Source: Candidatus Thorarchaeota archaeon (GTDB lineage Archaea > Asgardarchaeota > Thorarchaeia > Thorarchaeales > Thorarchaeaceae). From it: a stretch of DNA of 64,000 nt. Shown here in pieces: positions 54,620 to 62,827 of the stretch. Both the position numbers and the translations under genes were made by a program. The notes below the pieces were generated by a model. It was not told the DNA's origin, did not search any database, and saw only the letters and a program-made list of their open reading frames with translations. The stretch lies in the NCBI GenBank assembly GCA_029855935.1, contig JAGSHN010000016.1, positions 32,001-96,000 of the forward strand. The letters run 5' to 3'. Positions within the stretch are counted from its first letter, which is position 1; each line of letters opens with the position of its first letter.

Positions 54620-55852
54620 TCACGGACCGACCACTGCAAGGCTCTTGAGATAGCCTCTTCCTATCTTGAACACCATCGGCAAGAAGTCCGTGAACAATCG
54701 CATCACCGTGGCCACACTGATATGACCCTGCACAATCTCGTTGAGCGTCGCTGCATCGAGCTCCCGGAGTACAATCTCCGCAGCCTCAAGGGGGTCATTG
54801 AGCATCGAATATCTTGACACAGCCCACATCCCCCTTCCGGTATTCTGAATGTTCCACGCAAGCTTTGACCCTCGGTACTCCTTCTCGTACTTGTAGACGC
54901 TTCGTCTGGAGAAGTCGTCCTGTTCCACCATCCTCTGTGCGTGCTGGGCGAGCAGAGATCCCGCGTGCAAGCAGGTGGTGACGCCTCCGCCAACAATCGA
55001 CGAGACCTGCCCTGCTGAGTTACCACAGAGTGCAACACCCGCATCGGTGAATCGTGGTATCAGACCCGCACAGGGGACCACCCCGCCATTGGCGCCCACG
55101 ATCTTCGCATCACGGGTCTCCTCGTGGGTCCTCATATACTTCAGCAGAACCTCTCTCATCGGGGGTAGACTGTGCCACTCGGAGCCCGTTGTTGGCACGC
55201 GTCCGATCCCGAGGTTGACCTCGGTCTCGCTTCGCGGATACAACCAGAGATAGCCAAGTCCCACATCACGCCCAACATAGAAATAGGCAGTCTCGGGATC
55301 GATGTTCTTGCAGTTGGCGAGCTTGAATCTGATGCCATATGAGAGTAGCCACTTTGGGTGAGTGAAACCAGCGGTCTCGGAGACTCGGCTGAAGGATCCG
55401 TCCGCACCAACCGTCAGCGATGCCTTCACAGAATCTGCACCACGGTTGTAGGTCACACCCGTGACCTGTCCGTTGTCCTTGGTCACCGAGTCTACTCTGG
55501 CGCCAAACCTGAACTCCGCTCCATCAGCCACAGCCCTCTCGTACATCAGTTCCTGGCACCTGTCCTCATCGAGCAGGTACGAGTTGCCAAGCAGTCTTCG
55601 GTCCACAGCAATACTTGCTCCGGTGTCGAGACTCGCCCCCACAATGGCAGAGAACTTGTTGCCAACATACTCCGAGTCAGGTCTCACACGGAGAAGCCTC
55701 AATGCCTTGTCGGTGACGAGCTCTCCCATCAGAGAGTCGGTGACCTTTGCGCGCTTCTCAAGAACGACTGTCTTCAGTCCTCTCGCGGCGGCCTGTTCAG
55801 CAGTCTTGAGGCCTGCCGGGCCAGTCCCAACAACGGCGACATCATACTTCAT
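54620..55852 (-). CDS. Geranylgeranyl reductase family flavoprotein
   Basis: YDVAVVGTGPAG, VGADG, GYLWLYP...VNLG and G.SAGQV....GGG motifs. Confidence 0.85.
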   Translation of the reverse strand: MKYDVAVVGTGPAGLKTAEQAAARGLKTVVLEKRAKVTDSLMGELVTDKALRLLRVRPDSEYVGNKFSAIVGASLDTGASIAVDRRLLGNSYLLDEDRCQELMYERAVADGAEFRFGARVDSVTKDNGQVTGVTYNRGADSVKASLTVGADGSFSRVSETAGFTHPKWLLSYGIRFKLANCKNIDPETAYFYVGRDVGLGYLWLYPRSETEVNLGIGRVPTTGSEWHSLPPMREVLLKYMRTHEETRDAKIVGANGGVVPCAGLIPRFTDAGVALCGNSAGQVSSIVGGGVTTCLHAGSLLAQHAQRMVEQDDFSRRSVYKYEKEYRGSKLAWNIQNTGRGMWAVSRYSMLNDPLEAAEIVLRELDAATLNEIVQGHISVATVMRLFTDFLPMVFKIGRGYLKSLAVVGP

Positions 55853-55995
55853 CCAGCTGGCACCTTCCGCAGTGGTCGCTCCACGGCAAAGAATGACGCT
55901 ATTATCTCTTTTCCATAGAGGCTGTAGTTCCGAGCAGATTAAAAGGAAGATCTGGTGCTGCGATTCGCGAGCTGGAATATCTTGAGGCTAGAGGA

Positions 55996-56853
55996 ATGAA
56001 GGCCCGGACGATTGTCTACGCTGTGTATCTCATTCTATCCATATTCGTGAGCATTACGGTAGCGGCGTTTCCCGCGATCGTTCTGTTCCTGATCTTCTTC
56101 AATCTTATCGACTCTATTGTGGCCAGTGTGATACCTCCTCTCAATCTGATTCGTGATGCGGTTCTGGCGCTACTTGGTACTCTTCTGCCTCAGTTCTTCG
56201 CCGATCACTTCTGGTTCTTTGTGCTGCTAGTTCCGGCGTTGCTCACCTGCTATGCGATATTCTTGGGCATCCTCCTTGTGATGTTCAGACTCTCCCGGCG
56301 AGGTCTTCCCTATCTCGAGGACGGCTACTACCCGATGGAGACAGAGGAGTGGATGCTCTACGAGTTCTACGAGGTCTACTACGTGATCTTTCCGTACTTT
56401 GCGTGGTTCTTCAGCGTCTTCCTTGACACTCGTCCAAGGCATGCTCTCTTTGGTGCAAAGATAGGCAAGAACACGGTCGTGGGAAACGGTCGCCTGTTCA
56501 ATCCCGAGCGGACGATCATCGGTGACAACTGCTTCTTCGGATATGATGCCATACTCAGCGGACACGTCTATGAGGGCGGTCGCCTGTATCTGAAGACGGT
56601 CAGGCTGGGAGATAATGTGACTGTAGGGGCCAACTCGGTCATCCTGCCTGGGGCCGACATAGGCGACAATGTGATCATTGCTGCGAACAGCACGGTGCCC
56701 AAGAATCGCGTCATCCCGCCCAACAGCATCTGGGTACATGGCAAGGCAATCCCTCGCAAGAAGAAGGAGGAGCTGCCTGAAGAGGTGGCAACAGAGCTGG
56801 AGGCCACTCTGCCCGCTGTGGAACCGGAGGACGAAGAGGATGTCGGTGAGTGA
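55996..56853 (+). CDS. Membrane-bound hexapeptide-repeat (left-handed beta-helix) acyltransferase
   Basis: N-terminal TM helices, then FGAKIGKN...IGDNCFFGYDAILSGH...LGDNVTVGANSVILPG. Confidence 0.85.
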   Translation: MKARTIVYAVYLILSIFVSITVAAFPAIVLFLIFFNLIDSIVASVIPPLNLIRDAVLALLGTLLPQFFADHFWFFVLLVPALLTCYAIFLGILLVMFRLSRRGLPYLEDGYYPMETEEWMLYEFYEVYYVIFPYFAWFFSVFLDTRPRHALFGAKIGKNTVVGNGRLFNPERTIIGDNCFFGYDAILSGHVYEGGRLYLKTVRLGDNVTVGANSVILPGADIGDNVIIAANSTVPKNRVIPPNSIWVHGKAIPRKKKEELPEEVATELEATLPAVEPEDEEDVGE

Positions 56854-56912
56854 GTCTAGTTCATATACGGAGGAGCCCCTCGGACACCTGATAGATGGCG
56901 GTGGTGGACAGG

Positions 56913-57311
56913 ATGATCCTATTGATGTTCCACCTTGAGAGCTTCTGGTATCGGCCGAACGAGGCTGAGACTGGTGTGCGGGATGAGCACAGGTTTGGCG
57001 AGTCGGTACTCGTCTGGATTCAGGCAGAGGAGCGGGACCATAAGAACCGCATTGCTGTTCTCAGGAAGATGGTCAAGAACATCAAGTGGCTTGCCCAGAA
57101 GGTCGGCTGCAACCGAATCATCCTTCACTCCTTTGCTCATCTTGGCACGAGCAAGGCCGATCCGGAGTTTGCGGATGCTCTCATCGAGGAGGTGGCGAAC
57201 AGGCTGAGGGAGCGAGGTTTTGAGGTTCACATAGTCCCCTTCGGGACGTTTCACGAGTTTGCGATGCACGTGAAGGGCCCCTCCCTTGCAAAGGTGTTTA
57301 AGACATTCTGA
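56913..57311 (+). CDS. Free-standing archaeal-type threonyl-tRNA synthetase editing domain (DTD-like fold)
   Basis: M.LLMFH, HSFAHL, PFG.F.EF.MHVKG.SLA motifs; start at 56913 after GGTGG. Confidence 0.85.
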   Translation: MILLMFHLESFWYRPNEAETGVRDEHRFGESVLVWIQAEERDHKNRIAVLRKMVKNIKWLAQKVGCNRIILHSFAHLGTSKADPEFADALIEEVANRLRERGFEVHIVPFGTFHEFAMHVKGPSLAKVFKTF

Positions 57312-57341
57312 GCCGAGAGTATCGTCAGGAACAGGCTGACG

Positions 57342-58763
57342 GTGACTATGACGGACAAGGAGAAGACGTACACACCAAGGGGTTATCAGCGCTATCTTCT
57401 TGAGCGGATTGAGGCCCTGAGGGGAACGAACCTGCTGCTTGAGCTCGACTGCGGACTGGGCAAGCGCTTCATCACACACCAGCTCGTGGTCGAGAGATTC
57501 CCGGAGTCTAGGTTCATAATCGTCGTTCATTCCTCGTCCTCACTGGCCGAGACCGTAGAGTACCTTCAGCAGGCCTATGGGGGGCTCGAGTCGGACCTTG
57601 GGGAGCTCTCCTCCCGCGTACCGTCACGTCTTCGGCCGCGAGTGCTTGACGAGAAGCGCGTCATTGTGACCACCCCGCAGATACTCGCGAGGATGTTGCA
57701 GACTCACTACGAGTTGTTTGAGGACTTCCGAATCCTGCTCATCAACGAGGTCGACACTATTGTGCGCCGGAGCGGCGGACGTACCAATCTGGTCTATCCT
57801 TGGCCAACGATACTCTCTCTGTTGGGAGACCGATGGATCATCGGGATGAGCGGAACTCTGCGAGACGACCATGCTGTCTTCACTGACGAGCAGGTGGAGA
57901 TACGACGCGAGCTGTTGACGCTACAGCAACACATCCCGGAGTCTGTCGTCATCACAATGGAGGAGCTGTACGGCACGGATGTCGGAGAATACGTCGAGCC
58001 GACCCTGATACAGGTCGAGCGAGTCGCTGACAGTCGCATCCGGTCAATCTCACGAGTGCTCGACGAGCTAATTCGTGACACGAGAGAGCAGATCGGCATG
58101 GAACTCGAGGATGATGGTCACCAGGACCTCATCGCTGATGACCCCCGGCGCGTTCATCTGATGCTGGAGCGACTGCCAGTTTCAGACGAGTTGAAGAGCA
58201 GGTACATGCACCTGCTGATGCTGCGCAAGTACGTATTTGCAATGCCTCCGCGGCAATTCCTCCGGATGTTCCATGGCCACTATCTGCATCACTACTTCAA
58301 CCTCTCCGACCTCTCACGGATACTCCCCTCGATATCGACGAAGGCTCAGCGGGTACTCGATATCGCGCTCGCTCATAGCAAGACTGTGGTGCTGACTTCC
58401 TATCTTGAGATGGTGTCCCAGATCGCTGGCCTGCTCAAAGATGCTGGACTGACCGTGCTGACGGTGACAGGTCGGACGAAGAACAAGGGCGAGGTCCTGC
58501 AGAGGTTTCGCGAGAGTCCCGAGGTGAACGTCCTCGTGATGTCGCCTGTTGGAGAGCGCGACCTCGACATTCCCAACGCCGACGTCATGGTGGTCTGCGA
58601 CACGATCAATACTGTGAAGACGATGTATCAGAAGTTCAAGCGGACGCGCGGCGGCCGTGTCGTTATTCTGGTCTACGAGGGCACATCCGAGGAGCGGAAG
58701 GTCAGACGACTTGTGAGCACACTTGTCGAGAGGTATCCCTGGTCGACAGCGACCACAGAGTGA
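57342..58763 (+). CDS. Superfamily 2 helicase-like protein (Hef/FANCM-like) with degenerate motifs
   Basis: PRGYQ, DCGLGKR, VTTPQ, INEVD, MSGT, VGERDLDIP and QKFKRTRG. Confidence 0.8.
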   Translation: MTMTDKEKTYTPRGYQRYLLERIEALRGTNLLLELDCGLGKRFITHQLVVERFPESRFIIVVHSSSSLAETVEYLQQAYGGLESDLGELSSRVPSRLRPRVLDEKRVIVTTPQILARMLQTHYELFEDFRILLINEVDTIVRRSGGRTNLVYPWPTILSLLGDRWIIGMSGTLRDDHAVFTDEQVEIRRELLTLQQHIPESVVITMEELYGTDVGEYVEPTLIQVERVADSRIRSISRVLDELIRDTREQIGMELEDDGHQDLIADDPRRVHLMLERLPVSDELKSRYMHLLMLRKYVFAMPPRQFLRMFHGHYLHHYFNLSDLSRILPSISTKAQRVLDIALAHSKTVVLTSYLEMVSQIAGLLKDAGLTVLTVTGRTKNKGEVLQRFRESPEVNVLVMSPVGERDLDIPNADVMVVCDTINTVKTMYQKFKRTRGGRVVILVYEGTSEERKVRRLVSTLVERYPWSTATTE

Positions 58764-58827
58764 CTCTCCCGCGCCTAAGACATGAGGCTGCCTCCACCAG
58801 CTGGGCAACGCTCATAGGTCATTATTA

Positions 58828-58833
58828 TTATAA
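58828..58833 (+). promoter_or_regulatory. Probable TATA box for acpS-fkbH-ACP
   Basis: TTATAA in an AT-rich patch about 32 nt before TTG 58865. Confidence 0.55.
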
Positions 58834-58864
58834 GTGCCATTCAGGGACCTGTCCGTGAATCGCC

Positions 58865-59317
58865 TTGGAAGCAGAGCGCACAGACAATGATCCGATAGTT
58901 GGTACGGGCGTCGATATTGTCCAGATCTCCCGTCTGAGACGGATTGACCTAAAGGCGCCGTTCTATCGGAGAGTATTCACCACCCGAGAGATGGAGTACT
59001 GCAAGAGATTTGACGATCCGCTTCCCCATCTGGCTGGGGTATTCGCAGCCAAGGAGGCTGTCTGGAAGAGTATCTCCCACCTATCCCCTCCCGCTCTCTC
59101 TGGCATAGAGATTCTACACGACCCACCCGGGCGTCCTCAGGTGCATCTGTCCGGCCATGTTGACTGCAGAGTCCATCTCAGTATCTCCCACTCTGGCGAC
59201 TACGCAGTGGCAGTGGCCATTGCCGTCGATTCCGAGATGGGCATCGATGGCGACTATGCGAGCAGGCTCGCGTCGCTCGTCACGGACCTGATCCAGTCGA
59301 AGGAGGTCCCCCGATGA
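58865..59317 (+). CDS. acpS: Holo-ACP synthase (AcpS-type phosphopantetheinyl transferase)
   Basis: GTGVDIV, FT..E..YC, FAAKEAVWKS, G.P and SISHS..YAVA motifs. Confidence 0.95.
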   Translation: MEAERTDNDPIVGTGVDIVQISRLRRIDLKAPFYRRVFTTREMEYCKRFDDPLPHLAGVFAAKEAVWKSISHLSPPALSGIEILHDPPGRPQVHLSGHVDCRVHLSISHSGDYAVAVAIAVDSEMGIDGDYASRLASLVTDLIQSKEVPR

Positions 59318-61149
59318 ACGATTCCGCTGACAAGCTCACAACTCTTCTTGAGACGGTCAGACAGGACCCATCGTATCTCAATCTATGGAGTGCGTACCGC
59401 CGCATTCGCGCCATGGGTCTTCCGGAACCCACTGACGAGAAGACCGCCGTCAGGCTTGCAATCATAGGCTCATCTACCCTTGAGCCGCTGGCCGCCTGCA
59501 TAGACGTCAAGATCCGGCTGGAGGGGCTCACCCCCGTGACCTACGTGGGCGGCTTCAATACATTTCGTCAGGAGGCACTGGACAAGTCCTCGGCACTGTA
59601 TGCTCACAGGCCCAATGTTGTTGTCCTCAGTGTTGACGCGTGGTCGCTGCTGAGTCAGACATTCCTTGCCGAGTTTGTCCGAATGGACAAGGCGCAGAGG
59701 GGGCAACATGCCAAGGCGATTGCCAGTGAGGTCATCGATGTTGCTCGTGCCATCGAACAAGAATCATCTGCGCTGGTTCTTGTCAACAACTTCATTGTCC
59801 CCGTGTTCTCCCCTGTCGGCATAGTTGACAGCAAGCAGGAAATTGGTCTGCGCGAGTTCTTCAGGCGTGCCAACAGTCTTCTCGAGGAGGCGTTCAGGGA
59901 CAGTAGCAGGGTCTTCGTGGTTGACCTCGACGCAGTGGCCTCTCAATTTGGAAAGAGGGACACCATAAACTGGAACACGTTCTATCGCGGAGGAATTCAG
60001 TTCAGCGAGTCCTTTATGCCCGTGCTTGCGGACGAGTACCTGCGCTATGTCCGAGCATTGAAGGGCAGGTCGAAGAAGTGCATTGTACTGGATCTGGACA
60101 ATACACTCTGGGGTGGCATAATCGGTGAGGATGGTATCGAGGGCATCCGGCTCGGTCCCACCTCCCCCGGCGCGGAGTACCTCGACTTTCAGAGAGTGCT
60201 TCTCAGTCTGTACAATCGCGGGATAATCCTCGCAGTCAACAGCAAGAACAATCCTGATGATGCCCTCAAGGTGCTGAGAGAGCATCCCTACCAGCTACTG
60301 AGAGAGGAGCACTTCGCAGCACTGAGGATCAACTGGCAGAATAAGGTTCAGAATCTCATAGAGCTCGCTCAGGAGATCAACATTGGTCTCGACAGTATGG
60401 TGTTCATCGATGACAGCCCTCAGGAGCGAGCGCAGGTCCGACAGGCGCTGCCAGAGGTACTTGTGGTCGACCTCCCGGAGAATCCACGACTCTACAGGGC
60501 CACACTCGAACGGCTCAACGTCTTTGATGTGCTATCACTGACCCCCGAGGATATGCGCAGAGGGGAGATGTACGTCGGCAAGAGAAAACGCGCCGAGTTG
60601 CAGCAGAGTGCTGCGTCCCTTGAGGACTTTCTACGGACCCTCCAGCTCCGCGTGGAGATAAAGCTGGCCGACGACTTTGACATGCCACGTGTGGTCCAGC
60701 TGATTGGCAAGACCAACCAGTTCAATCTGACGACCCGGCGCTATACTGATGCCGAGGTGCGCGGGTTTCGTGAGAGCCCTGATGTCCGGGTGTACAGGAT
60801 GGCTGTGAGCGACAGGTTCGGGGACGAGGGGATTGTTGGTGTGGCGATAGTCAGGAGCGAGAAGGACGCTTGGGTGATCGACTCGTTTCTGATGAGTTGC
60901 AGGGTCATCGGCCGGAATGTCGAGACTGCCTTTCTTGCCAAGATAGCCTCTGACGCACGCGAGAACGGTGTCCGGCGGCTGATTGGTGAGTACATCCCGA
61001 CCAAGAAGAACGTCCCGGCGAGGGATCTCTACGAACGACACGGCTTTGAGCTCATCGGTACAGATGAGGACGGTGTCACACGATGGCAGCTCGATCTGTC
61101 GACCTCCACTATTGAGGTGCCAGAATACATAGAACTTGTCGAGGAGTGA
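59314..61149 (+). CDS. fkbH: FkbH-like glyceryl transferase/phosphatase (N-terminal extension, HAD-IIIC, GNAT-like domain)
   Basis: DLDNTLWGG, SKN, FIDDSP.ER, KTNQFNLTT, DRFGD.G and FLMSCRV with the Cys. ATGA overlap with acpS. Confidence 0.95.
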   Translation: MNDSADKLTTLLETVRQDPSYLNLWSAYRRIRAMGLPEPTDEKTAVRLAIIGSSTLEPLAACIDVKIRLEGLTPVTYVGGFNTFRQEALDKSSALYAHRPNVVVLSVDAWSLLSQTFLAEFVRMDKAQRGQHAKAIASEVIDVARAIEQESSALVLVNNFIVPVFSPVGIVDSKQEIGLREFFRRANSLLEEAFRDSSRVFVVDLDAVASQFGKRDTINWNTFYRGGIQFSESFMPVLADEYLRYVRALKGRSKKCIVLDLDNTLWGGIIGEDGIEGIRLGPTSPGAEYLDFQRVLLSLYNRGIILAVNSKNNPDDALKVLREHPYQLLREEHFAALRINWQNKVQNLIELAQEINIGLDSMVFIDDSPQERAQVRQALPEVLVVDLPENPRLYRATLERLNVFDVLSLTPEDMRRGEMYVGKRKRAELQQSAASLEDFLRTLQLRVEIKLADDFDMPRVVQLIGKTNQFNLTTRRYTDAEVRGFRESPDVRVYRMAVSDRFGDEGIVGVAIVRSEKDAWVIDSFLMSCRVIGRNVETAFLAKIASDARENGVRRLIGEYIPTKKNVPARDLYERHGFELIGTDEDGVTRWQLDLSTSTIEVPEYIELVEE

Positions 61150-61152
61150 ACG

Positions 61153-61395
61153 TTGACGGACGACATTGACGCGAAGATCACCGAGATAGTGTCAAAGGTC
61201 CTGCTGCTGGACGAGGACAAGGTGACCGACACCCTGCGGCGCAAGGAGTACGAACCGTGGGACTCGATGGCGCATCTCATTCTTGTCAGTGAGGTTGAGA
61301 ACGAGTTCGGCATCTCCTTCACCGACGATGAGGTCGTGGAGATATGGACCGTTGGCGACCTTCGGCGGATGGTCACTGAGAAGGTCCATCGCTAG
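61153..61395 (+). CDS. Acyl carrier protein, FkbH-associated type
   Basis: 80 aa, acidic, WDSMAHL phosphopantetheine site, VENEFGI and TVGDL; starts 3 nt after fkbH. Confidence 0.93.
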   Translation: MTDDIDAKITEIVSKVLLLDEDKVTDTLRRKEYEPWDSMAHLILVSEVENEFGISFTDDEVVEIWTVGDLRRMVTEKVHR

Positions 61396-61858
61396 ACCCG
61401 TCGCTGGCCCGGCGTGTGTCTGGGTGGTCAAGTCTCTGGATCACTCGTGCTGGGTTGCCCGCCACCATCGTCCACGGGGGCACATCACGGCTCACCACGG
61501 CACCCGCGGCCACGATGGCCCCACGGCCAATCCGCACTCCTGGAAGGATGATGGCCCCACTTGCTATCCACGCCCCATCCTCTATGACCACCTTCTTCGG
61601 AGGCTGTCGGTAGGCGCCGCTCATTCTATGGTAGGGACTGGTGCCGGAATGGGCCATTATCTGCACGCCAGGACCGATTGAAACCCAGTCTCCAATCTCG
61701 ACGAGGTCTGGATGCTCGCTGTCAATCTGAACAAGATAGCCCACGAACACACCCTTCCCTATCTTGACACCGCATCTCCTGTGCACGGCCGCTCGGAATT
61801 GCCAGAAGGGTGCGAGCCACGCCAGTATTCTCAGAATCCGCCCCACTATCTTGCCCAT
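61373..61858 (-). CDS. Hexapeptide-repeat O-acyltransferase (YvoF / maltose acetyltransferase-like)
   Basis: Amphipathic N-terminus, GVKIGKGV, ID..HP.LV.IGD, IMAH, ILPGV.IG and DVPP...VAGNPARVI. Confidence 0.9.
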   Translation of the reverse strand: MGKIVGRILRILAWLAPFWQFRAAVHRRCGVKIGKGVFVGYLVQIDSEHPDLVEIGDWVSIGPGVQIMAHSGTSPYHRMSGAYRQPPKKVVIEDGAWIASGAIILPGVRIGRGAIVAAGAVVSRDVPPWTMVAGNPARVIQRLDHPDTRRASDGSSDGPSQ

Positions 61859-61862
61859 CTCT

Positions 61863-62747
61863 CTATCCTCCCTGTGCCATCTGATATCGCCACAGCTGCC
61901 TTCGTAGATAGTCCGAGAAGACCCAGTTGTCGATATCGCCCGTCAAGAGGAGACAGAATGAGGCATCACTGGGCCATCTGCCGTGCGAACGCCACCGAAG
62001 GACGGCCTCGGAGGGGGTTGGTGCCCAGGCTCCACGTCCAATCGCATGTTCGACGGCCCCCTCCAGACAGCCGACGTACCTTTTCTGCCCCATCCTAATT
62101 GGGTGGAGGTCGAACATCAGGACACCGCCTTGTGCCGCTGCGGAATCAATCTCCAGAATCAGACGTTGTGTCACCTGTTCAGGGGTCATCTTCAGTGTGT
62201 CAATCATCCGGTCGTCGCTCCACACGCTGAGAGGGATGTAGGTGACCGACGAGGGTCCTCCCCCCACAGTCACGTGAAAGAAGTGACGGCGCCGACGATG
62301 TTCCGGTCGGTAGCCGAGACCCCCGTCCCAGAGTAGACCTGCTCTCTCAAGCATCTGCGGCATGTCGTCGGTGTAGTTGTCGTAGGGTGCCCTGAAGCCT
62401 CGAACCGTGACACCGAGTTGTCGCAGTGTTCGAAGGCTCATCTGCAGGTCCCTCTCGCGTTCCTGTGCCGAGACGCGCGGATAGCGAATGTGGATGTAGC
62501 CGTGACTGGCGACCTCATGGCCCTCGCGCTCGATCCATCTCGTGAGGTCCGGGCGCATTGCTGCCACTGCAGCGACGACGGGGAAGGCGAATCTTGCTCC
62601 GTGCTTGTCCAAGACATCGAAGGTGTTCGACAGAATCTCCTCGAACGATATCCTGTGTAGTCGGTACATTCTGAGGAACTGAATGGGGGCTCTCAGCCCC
62701 CATCTGTGGAGAAGTTGTCGAACATACTCCGTGCCGGTCAGCATCAC
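61863..62747 (-). CDS. Polysaccharide deacetylase (CE4/PuuE-like), apparently circularly permuted
   Basis: GHEVASHGYIH, GFRAPY and DLHP motifs; the TxDxD strand (WP...LLTGDID) lies at the C-terminus. Confidence 0.85.
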   Translation of the reverse strand: MMLTGTEYVRQLLHRWGLRAPIQFLRMYRLHRISFEEILSNTFDVLDKHGARFAFPVVAAVAAMRPDLTRWIEREGHEVASHGYIHIRYPRVSAQERERDLQMSLRTLRQLGVTVRGFRAPYDNYTDDMPQMLERAGLLWDGGLGYRPEHRRRRHFFHVTVGGGPSSVTYIPLSVWSDDRMIDTLKMTPEQVTQRLILEIDSAAAQGGVLMFDLHPIRMGQKRYVGCLEGAVEHAIGRGAWAPTPSEAVLRWRSHGRWPSDASFCLLLTGDIDNWVFSDYLRRQLWRYQMAQGG

Positions 62748-62827
62748 GACCCCATGCCTGTGGTCTTCGTATGAGTCGGCGCGGGGCCGGAATTAAGGCT
62801 TGTGGGCGCTCCCGTCTGACTACCCCA

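Noticed and set aside
58865-61395. Fatty acid or polyketide synthase cluster
   Set aside because: There is no ketosynthase, reductase, dehydratase or malonyl transferase in the window, and the ACP is of the FkbH-associated WDS type.
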